Below, piece after piece: positions 8,135 through 16,830 of a stretch of 32,000 bases of DNA. Location of the stretch: assembly GCF_001028625.1 (NCBI RefSeq), contig NZ_CP011805.1, positions 792,498-824,497 of the forward strand. The letters run 5' to 3'. The stretch's first letter is position 1. Every line of letters begins with the position of its first letter. This stretch comes from Pelagerythrobacter marensis (GTDB taxonomy: Bacteria > Pseudomonadota > Alphaproteobacteria > Sphingomonadales > Sphingomonadaceae). The notes below the pieces were generated by a model. That model was not told the origin of the DNA, did not search any database, and saw only the letters and a program-made list of their open reading frames with translations. The position numbers and the translations under genes were made by a program.

Positions 8135-8878
8135 ATGGACGGTGCACTCGAACTTTCCCCTCCGCCTCCGCTCGCGCGGTTGATGGAAGAGCGCGTTCTT
8201 GCGCTGTTTCTCGATTTCGATGGCACTCTGGTCGACATCGCGCCTGCGCCTGATGAAATCGTCGTACCAGCCCGGCTGGCTGAGCGTTTGCGCACGTTGT
8301 CGCGCCGACTGGATGGCCGACTGGCCTTGATCACGGGCAGATCGCTTGAAGACCTTGCCGGGCATTGCCCGATCGAGGGCATCGCCTGCGCCGGCTCGCA
8401 CGGAGCGGCCCGGCGCGACGCGATGGGGCAGGCGCTGGGGGATGCTGCGCGGCCGCTGCCCGATGGCGTGTTCGACACTTTGCACGATGGCGCTCGCGAT
8501 CTCGGCGTCGCTCTCGAAGCGAAAACCCATGGCGCGGCGCTACATTTCCGGGCCGATCCGGGGAAGGCGGAACAGGCACGAGCCTTTGCCGCTGAGGTCG
8601 CCAGCCAACACGCGCTGGCGGTCAAGCGGGGCAAGGGCGTGGTCGAGATTACCCAGGCAGGGGCCGACAAGGGCGGCGCCGTGCGCGAATTCATGCGACA
8701 TGCGCCCTTTGTCGACACAATCCCCGTCTTTATCGGCGATGACGTTACCGATGAAGACGGGATGGCCGCCTGTAATGATGCCGGTGGTTTCGGCATTCTT
8801 GTTGGCGATCGTTCGCCCACCGTCGCGCAGTTCCGACTGTCCGATGTTCCTTCCGTTTATGAATGGTTGAGCCTTTGA
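8135..8878 (+). CDS. otsB: Trehalose-6-phosphate phosphatase (HAD family)
   Basis: 247 aa. HAD motif I LFLDFDGTLV, motif IV GDDVTDEDG. Sits in an operon with otsA. Confidence 0.85.
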   Translation: MDGALELSPPPPLARLMEERVLALFLDFDGTLVDIAPAPDEIVVPARLAERLRTLSRRLDGRLALITGRSLEDLAGHCPIEGIACAGSHGAARRDAMGQALGDAARPLPDGVFDTLHDGARDLGVALEAKTHGAALHFRADPGKAEQARAFAAEVASQHALAVKRGKGVVEITQAGADKGGAVREFMRHAPFVDTIPVFIGDDVTDEDGMAACNDAGGFGILVGDRSPTVAQFRLSDVPSVYEWLSL

Positions 8879-10677
8879 CACCTCCCGATCAATCCTCGCT
8901 CGAACTCTGGCCCGTCGGCAATTGCCAGGTAAGCGGATTGATCGACCGGCGCGGGGCGCTGGTGTGGGGCTGTGTGCCCCGGGTGGACGGCGACCCGATA
9001 TTCAACTCGCTGATGAACGGTGATCGCCATGATCTGGGCGAGTGGCGTTTCGAGCTGGAGGGGCAGGTCGCTGCAACCCAGCAGTACGAGCGCAACACGC
9101 CGATACTGGTCACCCGACTGGAGGCCGAAGACGGCAGCGCGGTTGAAATCCGCGATTTCTGCCCTCGCTTCGAACGATCGGGTCGCATGTATCGCCCGGT
9201 GGCCTGGGTGCGGATCGTCCGGCCGGTTGCCGGCGCGCCGCGGATGAAAGTCGTCCTGCGGCCGACGCGCGGCTATGGTCAGCACGTTGCGGAAACGACC
9301 AATGGAACCAACCACATCCGCTATCTGGTCGGCGCGCAGGCAATCCGGCTCAGCACCGATGCCCCGATCGGGCACGTGCTGTCCGCCCGGGTATTCCGCG
9401 TCGAAAGCGACCAGCATTTCTTTCTCGGCCCCGACGAGCCGTTTTCAGGCAACCTGCGTGCCGAAGTGCGCCAGATGGTCGAACAGACGCGCAAGTACTG
9501 GAAGCTGTGGGTGCGCGGCCTGCACATCCCGCTGGAATGGCAGGACGACGTCATCCGCTGCGCCATCGCGCTGAAGCTGTGCCAGCATGAAGAAACAGGG
9601 GCTATCGTCGCCGCGCTGACCACGTCGATACCGGAAGCGCCGCATAGCGAGCGGAATTGGGATTACCGATTCTGCTGGATTCGCGATTCGTATTTCACAG
9701 TGCAGGCGCTGAACCGGATCGGTGCGCTCGACGTGCTGGAGAAATACCTCGCCTATCTGCGCAACATCATCGATTCCGCGCAGGGCGGGCAGATTCAGCC
9801 GCTCTATTCGGTGATGGGCGACAGCGAACTGGATGAAACGACTGCCGCGCACCTCGCCGGGTATCGCGGCATGGGGCCCGTGCGGGTCGGCAACGCCGCA
9901 TACTATCAGGTTCAGCACGACTGCTACGGCCAGATCGTCATGCCCACCGTGCAGGCGTTTTTCGACAGACGATTGCTGCGGATGGCCGACGATCGGGATT
10001 TCGCGAGCCTCGAAAAGGTCGGAGAAATGGCCTGGAAGATGCACGACCAGCCCGATGCGGGATTGTGGGAATTCCGCACGCGGCAAGAAGTGCACACATA
10101 TTCCGCCGTGATGTGCTGGGCGGCCTGCGATCGCCTGGCGAACGTGGCGGCGCATCTGGGCAAGGAAGATCGCCTCAAACTCTGGCGCGAGCGGGCCGAG
10201 GCAATCCGCGAGAAGATCGAGCGGGAAGCCTGGGTGGAAGACGGCGATGCGGGCCATTTCGGTGCCAGCTTCGAGAGCGACTATCTCGACGCCAGCCTGC
10301 TGCAGATGGTCGAACTGCGGTTCCTGCAGCCCGACGATCCGCGTTTCCAGAGCACTTTTGCCGCCGTGGAAAAGGCGCTGCGCCGCGGCGAGCATATGCT
10401 GCGGTATGACAGCGAAGACGATTTCGGATTGCCCGAAACGGCGTTCAACGTTTGCACGTTCTGGCTGATCGAGGCGCTGCACATGGCCGGTCGGGACGAA
10501 GAGGCGCGGGCGCTGTTCGACACGATGCTGGCCCACCGAACGGCATCGGGGATGCTGTCGGAGGATATCGATTTCGATAGCGGCGAATTGTGGGGGAACT
10601 TCCCCCAGACCTACTCGCTTGTAGGGATAATCAATTGCGCCGGTCTGTTGTCCAAACCATGGAGCGAAGTCCGATAA
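8863..10677 (+). CDS. Glycoside hydrolase family 15 protein (glucoamylase/trehalase-like)
   Basis: 604 aa. GH15-type motifs CWIRDSYF, LWEFR, GMLSEDID, GNFPQTYSLVGIINCA. The ATG at 8863 overlaps the otsB 3' end by 16 nt. Confidence 0.85.
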   Translation: MVEPLTPPDQSSLELWPVGNCQVSGLIDRRGALVWGCVPRVDGDPIFNSLMNGDRHDLGEWRFELEGQVAATQQYERNTPILVTRLEAEDGSAVEIRDFCPRFERSGRMYRPVAWVRIVRPVAGAPRMKVVLRPTRGYGQHVAETTNGTNHIRYLVGAQAIRLSTDAPIGHVLSARVFRVESDQHFFLGPDEPFSGNLRAEVRQMVEQTRKYWKLWVRGLHIPLEWQDDVIRCAIALKLCQHEETGAIVAALTTSIPEAPHSERNWDYRFCWIRDSYFTVQALNRIGALDVLEKYLAYLRNIIDSAQGGQIQPLYSVMGDSELDETTAAHLAGYRGMGPVRVGNAAYYQVQHDCYGQIVMPTVQAFFDRRLLRMADDRDFASLEKVGEMAWKMHDQPDAGLWEFRTRQEVHTYSAVMCWAACDRLANVAAHLGKEDRLKLWRERAEAIREKIEREAWVEDGDAGHFGASFESDYLDASLLQMVELRFLQPDDPRFQSTFAAVEKALRRGEHMLRYDSEDDFGLPETAFNVCTFWLIEALHMAGRDEEARALFDTMLAHRTASGMLSEDIDFDSGELWGNFPQTYSLVGIINCAGLLSKPWSEVR

Positions 10678-12065
10678 GCCGTCTAGTCGTCATCTCGAAC
10701 CGCGTTGCAGTCCCCAAGGCGCGTGGAGCGGCCGGTGCCCAGGGCGGGCTTGCCGGCGCACTCAACGCCGCGCTGAAGAAGCACGGAGGCATCTGGTTCG
10801 GCTGGTCGGGGCAGGAATGCGATGCCTTCACCGGCAACATCAATCTCCAGCGGCATGATGGCGTGACCACTGCCACGATTGACCTCGGCCACCAGGATAT
10901 CGAGGAATATTACAACGGATATGCCAATTCGACCCTTTGGCCCCTGTTCCACTTCCGGCTCGACCTGACCGAGTACGAGCGGGAGACGGGCAAGGGGTAC
11001 GAACGGGTCAACGAACGTTTTGCCGACAGCGTTGCCCCGCTGGTCAACGGCGACGACTTGGTCTGGGTTCACGATTACCATCTTCTGCCGCTGGGATCGC
11101 GCTTGCGCGAGCGTGGGCTGTCGAACCGGATGGGGTTCTTCCTCCACACACCGTGGCCGCCCACTCGCCTGTTCGTTTCGCTCCCTTATCACGAGCGTCT
11201 GGTTCGAACGATGCTGGAATACGATCTGATCGGCTTCCAGACCGACGAATGGCTTGAAAGCTTCTGCCACTATTGCCGGAAAGAACTGGGCGCGGATATC
11301 GACGAGGAAAGCGGGCGCATCGCTTATGATGGGCGGGTAACGTATGCGCGCGCCTACCCCATCGGCATAGATTACGAACATCTGATGGATCAGGCCGAAA
11401 CCGGTGAAGCGCGGCAAGCCGGGCAGCGCCTGCTGTCCAGTACGCGTCGGCGCAAGGCGATGATCGGGGTCGACCGGCTCGATTACTCCAAGGGATTGCC
11501 CGAACGTCTCGACGGAATCGCGCGCTATTTCGACAATCACCCTGAACGGGTTCGCGATGTCGTGTTTATTCAGATCGCGCCGCCCAGCCGCGAAGATGTG
11601 CAATCCTATCAGCGCATTCGCGCGACGCTGGAACAGAAGGCCGGACAGATAAACGGGGCGCGTTCGGAAGTTGACGTGGTGCCGATCCGTTATGTCAACA
11701 AGGGCCATTCCCTGGCCGAACTGTGCGGCTTCTATCGCGCCGCCAAGATCGGGCTGGTCACGCCGTTGCGCGACGGGATGAACCTGGTGGCCAAGGAATA
11801 CGTTGCCGCGCAGGACCCGGAAGATCCCGGCGTTCTCATCCTCTCCCGCTTTGCAGGTGCTGCGCGCCAGCTTACCGATGCGGTTCTGGTCAATCCGCAC
11901 AGCCCCGACGATCTGGCACAAGCGATCGACGAGGCGCTGTGTATGCCGCTGGAAGAGCGCAAGCGGCGCTGGGAAGCGATGATCCAGACCGTGCGTGACG
12001 ACAATGTACAGCGCTGGACGGAGAGCTTCACCAGCGATCTGGCGTCGGTGAAACAGAACGATTGA
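10659..12065 (+). CDS. otsA: Alpha,alpha-trehalose-phosphate synthase (UDP-forming), GT20
   Basis: The ATG at 10659 (MERSPISRLVVISNRV) overlaps the GH15 3' end by 19 nt. Motifs GFFLHTPWP and LRDGMNLVAKEY. The listed ORF start at 10590 is an upstream extension. Confidence 0.9.
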   Translation: MERSPISRLVVISNRVAVPKARGAAGAQGGLAGALNAALKKHGGIWFGWSGQECDAFTGNINLQRHDGVTTATIDLGHQDIEEYYNGYANSTLWPLFHFRLDLTEYERETGKGYERVNERFADSVAPLVNGDDLVWVHDYHLLPLGSRLRERGLSNRMGFFLHTPWPPTRLFVSLPYHERLVRTMLEYDLIGFQTDEWLESFCHYCRKELGADIDEESGRIAYDGRVTYARAYPIGIDYEHLMDQAETGEARQAGQRLLSSTRRRKAMIGVDRLDYSKGLPERLDGIARYFDNHPERVRDVVFIQIAPPSREDVQSYQRIRATLEQKAGQINGARSEVDVVPIRYVNKGHSLAELCGFYRAAKIGLVTPLRDGMNLVAKEYVAAQDPEDPGVLILSRFAGAARQLTDAVLVNPHSPDDLAQAIDEALCMPLEERKRRWEAMIQTVRDDNVQRWTESFTSDLASVKQND

Positions 12066-12119
12066 CCGCGTTCCGGGCTGGCGCTTGTGCCCGGCGCAGC
12101 CGCATGGCAGGGCGCGGCC

Positions 12120-12899
12120 ATGGATCGAGATCGCGTCATCCCCCTGGAAGGGATTCACAACTTCCGCGACTATGGCGGATACCCGGTCGCCGGCGGCGGG
12201 CGGATGAAGCGCAGCCTGGTATTCCGATCCGGCCAACATGCAGAAGCAAGCGATGCCGATCTGGCAGTTATCGACAAGCTCGCCCTGCGCCACGTGATCG
12301 ATTTTCGCGGGGTCAGCGAGCGGACAAACTACCCATGTCGCCGCGGCGAAGGCTTTTGCGCGCAGGTCGTCGCTTTCGAGGGCGAAACGGCCAATCTCGC
12401 CCCGCACATGGAGGCGGCCGACGGTGTTCTGACGTTCGACGGCGCCCATCGCGCGATGGAGCGCATTTATCGCAATCTGCCGACGCGGGAGCCTGTCCTG
12501 TGGGTTATGCGGCAGTACTTCGCGACCCTCGCACAAGGGGAGGGGGCAAGTCTCGTTCACTGTCTGGCCGGCAAGGATCGCACCGGGATGGCAGTGGCTC
12601 TCCTGCACCATGCGCTGGGGGTTCATCCCGACGATGCGATGGAGGATTTTCTCCTCACCAACACCGCGGGCAATATCGAGGCGCGCGTTGCCGCGGGTGG
12701 GAACGCCATTCGCGCCAAGTACGGCGCGGTGGATGACGATACGATCCGCGTTCTGATGGGCGTCGACCCGCGCTATCTTCATGCCATGCGCGAAGCTGTG
12801 GAGGAAACGCACGGTTCGCTCGACGTATTCCTTGCCGACGTGCTGGGGGTCGACGACGCGCGGCGCGAGGCGCTGCGCTTGCATTTGACGGAAGCGTGA
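12120..12899 (+). CDS. Tyrosine-phosphatase-fold protein (CX5R, Y_phosphatase3-like)
   Basis: P-loop HCLAGKDRTG (CX5R). N-terminal GIHNFRDYGGY is typical of this family. Start taken at the ATG at 12120; a GTG at 12087 is possible. Confidence 0.75.
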   Translation: MDRDRVIPLEGIHNFRDYGGYPVAGGGRMKRSLVFRSGQHAEASDADLAVIDKLALRHVIDFRGVSERTNYPCRRGEGFCAQVVAFEGETANLAPHMEAADGVLTFDGAHRAMERIYRNLPTREPVLWVMRQYFATLAQGEGASLVHCLAGKDRTGMAVALLHHALGVHPDDAMEDFLLTNTAGNIEARVAAGGNAIRAKYGAVDDDTIRVLMGVDPRYLHAMREAVEETHGSLDVFLADVLGVDDARREALRLHLTEA

Positions 12900-12938
12900 C
12901 CCACTTCTCTGTCCGTCTCAACCACACGGAAGGTCCCG

Positions 12939-13919
12939 ATGGCTACCCACCGCACCAAGATGCTTATCATAGGTTCCGGCCCGGCAGGGCTCTCCGCGGC
13001 GATATATGGCGCGCGCGCAATGATGGAGCCGATCGTGGTGCAGGGCCTTCAGCCCGGCGGGCAGTTGACCATCACGACCGATGTGGAGAACTATCCGGGG
13101 TTCAAGGATGTGGTGCAGGGCCCCTGGCTGATGCAGGAGATGCAGGCTCAGGCCGAACATGTCGGCACCCGGATGATGTGGGATACGATCGTATCGGTCG
13201 ATGTCGAAAACGGTTCGCCCTTCCGCGCGGTCGGTGACAGCGGCGACGAGTATATCGGTGAGACGCTGGTGATCGCCACCGGCGCCTCGGCGAAGTGGCT
13301 TGGGGCGCCTGGAGAGCAGGAGCTTGGCGGCAAGGGCGTGTCCGCCTGCGCCACGTGCGACGGATTCTTCTATCGCGGCAAGAAGGTCGCCGTGATCGGC
13401 GGGGGCAATACCGCGGTCGAGGAAGCGCTCTACCTCACCAACCATTCGGACGACGTGACGCTGATCCACCGCCGCGACGAATTGCGTGCCGAGAAGATCC
13501 TGCAGGAACGCCTGTTCAAGTCGGACAAGATTTCCACCTTGTGGAACAAGACGGTCGAAAGCTTCGAAGGCGACCCTGCTGCCGGTGGGCTGACGCATCT
13601 GGTCCTGCGCGACACGGTAACGGGGGAAACGTCTCGGCTGGACGTCGACGGTGCCTTCGTCGCCATCGGCCATGCGCCGGCGACCGATTTGTTCAAGGGC
13701 AAGCTGGAAATGGACGAGAGCGGATATCTGATCGTCGAGCCGGGCTCCCCGAAAACGGCCGTGCCGGGGGTGTTTGCCTGCGGTGACGTGATGGATCACG
13801 TCTACCGCCAGGCAGTCACCGCGGCGGGCACCGGGTGTATGGCTGCGCTCGACGCAGAGCGATTCCTGGCAACGCTCGAATTTGCGAAGAGCGAAGCCGA
13901 AGCCGAAGCGGCAGAATAA
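12939..13919 (+). CDS. trxB: Thioredoxin-disulfide reductase
   Basis: 326 aa. FAD motif IIGSGPAG, redox-active CATCDG, NADPH motif GGGNTAVEEALYL. GGAAGG Shine-Dalgarno at 12927-12932. Confidence 0.95.
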   Translation: MATHRTKMLIIGSGPAGLSAAIYGARAMMEPIVVQGLQPGGQLTITTDVENYPGFKDVVQGPWLMQEMQAQAEHVGTRMMWDTIVSVDVENGSPFRAVGDSGDEYIGETLVIATGASAKWLGAPGEQELGGKGVSACATCDGFFYRGKKVAVIGGGNTAVEEALYLTNHSDDVTLIHRRDELRAEKILQERLFKSDKISTLWNKTVESFEGDPAAGGLTHLVLRDTVTGETSRLDVDGAFVAIGHAPATDLFKGKLEMDESGYLIVEPGSPKTAVPGVFACGDVMDHVYRQAVTAAGTGCMAALDAERFLATLEFAKSEAEAEAAE

Positions 13920-13926
13920 GGGCTAG

Positions 13927-13947
13927 CCCGGCCGCCGCGCGGCCGGG
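13927..13947. terminator. GC-rich hairpin between convergent trxB and the MAPEG gene
   Basis: CCCGGCCG-ccgcg-CGGCCGGG, a perfect 8-bp stem lying between the two stop codons (13919 and 13952). No U-run on either strand. Confidence 0.4.
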
Positions 13948-13951
13948 TCCC

Positions 13952-14389
13952 TCAGGCCATCTCAAAAACCGCCATGCCCGCGTGGATGATGAGGGCGATC
14001 AGCACCAGGCTCGACAGTGCGAACAGCACGAACCGCACCATAACCTTGTTGGCGGTTACCTGAACCAGCGAGTGGATCACGCGCAGTCCGACATAGATCC
14101 ACGCGATCAGCGCGTTCATCCCGTCGCCTTGCCCGATCAGCGCCAGCACCAGACCGACTGCGTAGAACAGGGTCGGCGCCTCGTGCAGGTGATTGTAGTT
14201 GTGGGCTTTCCACTGCACCTTGTCGGGCACGACACCGTCCAGATCCTTGCCCGTTCCGCCAGTCAGGTTCGCGGTGTCGATCTTCGCCCGGCTCATCGCC
14301 GGGATTCGCGTGACATACATCCACAGCCACATGACCATGGTCCACGCCATCAGCGCCACCAGGGGCTGGAGTATCGTCATTCCAATCAT
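13952..14389 (-). CDS. MAPEG-family membrane protein (paralogue 1)
   Basis: 145 aa, about 4 TM helices, MAPEG-like motif WKAHNYNHLHEAPTLFY (H-x-N-x-x-E-x-P-x-F pattern). GGAG lies in the 15-nt gap to the upstream paralogue. Confidence 0.6.
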   Translation of the reverse strand: MIGMTILQPLVALMAWTMVMWLWMYVTRIPAMSRAKIDTANLTGGTGKDLDGVVPDKVQWKAHNYNHLHEAPTLFYAVGLVLALIGQGDGMNALIAWIYVGLRVIHSLVQVTANKVMVRFVLFALSSLVLIALIIHAGMAVFEMA

Positions 14390-14404
14390 CAGGTCACTCC
14401 GAAA

Positions 14405-14833
14405 TCAATAATTCAATGCCAGCGCCACGGCGCGCACGGTCAGAACCATGAGGCAGACCGTCGACAGAAGAAAGAGCAGGAAGCGCACGGAAACCCGGTT
14501 CACCGTCGCCTGCCAGATGGAATGGATCACCCGGATCGCGACGTAGGCCCAGGCGAAGGCGACGTCGTGCGCCTGCGGGCCCAGGATCGCGAGAATCACG
14601 ACGATGGCATAAAACAGCGTCGGCTGTTCGTGCAGATGGGTGTAATTGTGCGATTTCCAGTTGATCCGGTCTTCGATCACCCCTTCCAGATCCTGTCCGC
14701 GGCCGCCGGGTCTGGCGTTTCCCATTCCGCCGAGATTCTTCAGCGCGGGCAGCCGGGTCATGGCCATCCAGACCAGCATGACGAGGGTCCACGCCACCAG
14801 CACGGCGGCGGGCGCTAGTATTTGTGCCTGCAT
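14405..14833 (-). CDS. MAPEG-family membrane protein (paralogue 2)
   Basis: 142 aa, collinear with paralogue 1 (WKSHNYTHLHEQPTLFY; similar VIHS and RF segments). GGAGGG Shine-Dalgarno 8 nt before the ATG. Confidence 0.6.
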   Translation of the reverse strand: MQAQILAPAAVLVAWTLVMLVWMAMTRLPALKNLGGMGNARPGGRGQDLEGVIEDRINWKSHNYTHLHEQPTLFYAIVVILAILGPQAHDVAFAWAYVAIRVIHSIWQATVNRVSVRFLLFLLSTVCLMVLTVRAVALALNY

Positions 14834-14888
14834 TGAAGAACCCCTCCCTGTATTCCCGCGCGGAGATTGCGCTGGCGCCCACTCGTTG

Positions 14889-15551
14889 TCAAACCTCCCG
14901 CGCGCCTAGCGTGAGATGCTGGCAGTAACCGAAACGACCGCGGCGGTGGCGGCATGACAATCCGCGATTTGCCGCGATCCGGCCCCCCATGTCAGCCAGG
15001 CGGGTTCTCGGTTCGACATGAAACCGGGCCAGCCAGGCCCGCAGGCCACGCGCAAGCGGCGAGGGCAGACCTTCCAGATCGCCGAAATCGACCACGTGCA
15101 GCCGCCCCTCCGGTGCAAGCAGGTCCGCTGCGTGGTCCAGTGCCCCCTCCCAGTCGGGGATCATCGACAGCGAGTACGACAGGAACACGCGATCGAACTG
15201 CACTCTCCCCAATGTCTCCTGGGGGTCGAACCCGCAGGCATCGCCGTCTGCGAGAATGGCCTGTTCGCCCAGTGCCGCCTTGGCGGAGCGGAGCATTTCT
15301 TGCGAGATGTCGATCCCGTACAGCCGGATGCCGGGCCATCGTCGCTTTGCCTGGGCGAGGTTTCTCCCCGTGCCGCAGGCGATTTCCAGCACGGTGTCGC
15401 CAGGCTGGCAATCGAGATCGGCGATGAGCCGGTCGCGCCCCAGCAGATAGTACTTGCGCGTCAGGTCGTAGATGTGCCGCTGCCCACGATAGACCCGGTC
15501 CATCAACTCTGCGTGATTGCCCGGCTCTGGCCGGGACAGATGCCGTTCCAT
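14889..15551 (-). CDS. btaB: Class I SAM-dependent methyltransferase, BtaB-like (diacylglycerylhomoserine N-methyltransferase candidate)
   Basis: 220 aa. SAM-binding motif VLEIACGTGRNL. The start ATG overlaps the stop of the upstream DUF3419/BtaA-like gene (TGATG). Size and pairing match the btaA-btaB arrangement. Confidence 0.55.
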   Translation of the reverse strand: MERHLSRPEPGNHAELMDRVYRGQRHIYDLTRKYYLLGRDRLIADLDCQPGDTVLEIACGTGRNLAQAKRRWPGIRLYGIDISQEMLRSAKAALGEQAILADGDACGFDPQETLGRVQFDRVFLSYSLSMIPDWEGALDHAADLLAPEGRLHVVDFGDLEGLPSPLARGLRAWLARFHVEPRTRLADMGGRIAANRGLSCRHRRGRFGYCQHLTLGAREV

Positions 15552-16765
15552 CAGGCCAGCTCGTAGAGGTGGACACCGCCGTAGATCGATGACCTGTCGC
15601 GCGCGGTGAGATCGGCCGACTGTTCCTCGCGGTAAGTCCAGCGGTCAAGCAGATCGGGCGCGAGGCGGCCGGGCAGCAGGCTCGGTTCGGCGGCTGTGCG
15701 GAAGAGGACGCGGGCGCCCGGCCGCGCCGTGCGGGTGATCTGCGCCCAGAGCGTGTTGAGCTGCGCGTCGTCCATCCAGTCCTGCGCGTCGAGCAGAACA
15801 TAGCGATCGTGGCTGGTGGCGTCGGCATCGCCGAGATAGTGGACCATGTTCGCGTTGCGCACGTCGAGCCGGTCGATGCGTTCGCGCATCCGTTCCCAGT
15901 TGGCGCGTTGGAGATAGGGGGGCAGGGCCGCTTCCGGCCGGCGGTCGTAGCGACGACCGAATGCCTGCCAGGCGAAGTAGTTGTCCGCCACCGCGAAGCC
16001 GCAGGCCAGCTTTTCCAGCCGCCGCCGCAGGACCACGGCCATTCTTTCATCCCCGGCGAGCGCGGCGTACTGGGCCGGCGGAATGCCCAGTCCGAACAGC
16101 GAGGCCGGATGATCGGTGAGCCAGCGGACGAAGCGCCGGTCGAACACCGGGGCCAGTTCGCGCTCGAACACCTCGCGCTGTTCCTCCAGCGTGGTCGCCG
16201 CGAGAACGCGTGACAGGTCGATGCGGTAAAGGCGGGCGAACAGGTGGGCCATGCCGATGAAGCCGCCCAGCAACCCCTGGCGATAGATGCCCCGCGTGAA
16301 GTGGGTGATCCGCCGTCGACCCGTAACATCCCGGCTTTCCCAGTACTTGCGGCTCTCCGCATCGAGGTGCGGGGCAATGAGGGTATCGTAGATCTCGCGG
16401 TTTTCCTTGTGATCCGCCTCCGCGAAGAAGCGGCGGAACCGGTCGTAAGTCGGCAGGTGGCGGATCGCCGCGATCTTGAGCTGGCCCAGCGCCACATGCG
16501 CGCGGTTGAGATCCACCGCGACCACTTGCGCGGGGTCGGCGGTGAGATAGGACAGCGCATTGCAACTGCCGCTTGCGATGCACAGCACCCGGCTGTCGCG
16601 TTCGATCGCCAGCCCTTCCATGTCGACCAGCGGGTCTTCCCAGATCTGGGCATAGACCAGCCCCTTGAAGGCGAAGGCGAAGGCCCGGTCGAGCAGCTTT
16701 TCACCCGGCTTCGCCGTCTTGCGCACCACTGCATCGTCGATGATGCGCTTTGCCTGTACCGTCAT
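15551..16765 (-). CDS. btaA: DUF3419 / BtaA-like protein (S-adenosylmethionine:diacylglycerol 3-amino-3-carboxypropyl transferase candidate)
   Basis: 404 aa. N-terminal FKGLVYAQIWEDPLVDMEGL resembles the conserved WEDP region I recall for this family. A Rossmann-like CIASGSCNALSYL follows. Translationally coupled to a small methyltransferase. This call rests on memory of the family, not on an alignment. Confidence 0.6.
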   Translation of the reverse strand: MTVQAKRIIDDAVVRKTAKPGEKLLDRAFAFAFKGLVYAQIWEDPLVDMEGLAIERDSRVLCIASGSCNALSYLTADPAQVVAVDLNRAHVALGQLKIAAIRHLPTYDRFRRFFAEADHKENREIYDTLIAPHLDAESRKYWESRDVTGRRRITHFTRGIYRQGLLGGFIGMAHLFARLYRIDLSRVLAATTLEEQREVFERELAPVFDRRFVRWLTDHPASLFGLGIPPAQYAALAGDERMAVVLRRRLEKLACGFAVADNYFAWQAFGRRYDRRPEAALPPYLQRANWERMRERIDRLDVRNANMVHYLGDADATSHDRYVLLDAQDWMDDAQLNTLWAQITRTARPGARVLFRTAAEPSLLPGRLAPDLLDRWTYREEQSADLTARDRSSIYGGVHLYELA

Positions 16766-16812
16766 GTGTTCGCTTCCCGCTGGTGATATCGGGTCGCGAC
16801 TACGCCGCTTGC

Positions 16813-16830
16813 ATGTCCGCCGTGTGACTG
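16813..16830 (-). promoter_or_regulatory. Weak Pho-box-like direct repeat upstream of btaA
   Basis: The minus strand reads CAGTCAC-ACGG-CGGACAT, 47 nt upstream of the btaA ATG. It matches CTGTCAT-N4-CTGTCAY at 10/14 half-site positions, but the spacer is not A/T-rich. Confidence 0.2.

Noticed and set aside
10683-12884. 733-aa minus-strand ORF running antisense through otsA, the intergenic spacer and the phosphatase gene
   Set aside because: The translated product has no recognisable motifs. It is Arg/Ala/Gly/Pro-rich, as expected for the antisense frame of G/C-ending codons. The plus-strand genes it overlaps carry unambiguous catalytic motifs. This is a typical high-GC shadow ORF.
13835-14818. 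327-aa plus-strand ORF with a striking His/Gln/Asp/Arg-rich composition
   Set aside because: It is the antisense frame of the two hydrophobic MAPEG genes (antisense of Leu/Val/Met/Trp codons gives H/Q/D/N). It is not an independent gene.
14992-16734. 580-aa same-strand alternate-frame ORF overlapping btaA and btaB
   Set aside because: Its composition is extreme (Arg/Ser/Trp/Pro/Ala-rich) with no domain signatures. The alternative frame gives coherent DUF3419-like and methyltransferase proteins with a coupled stop-start junction.
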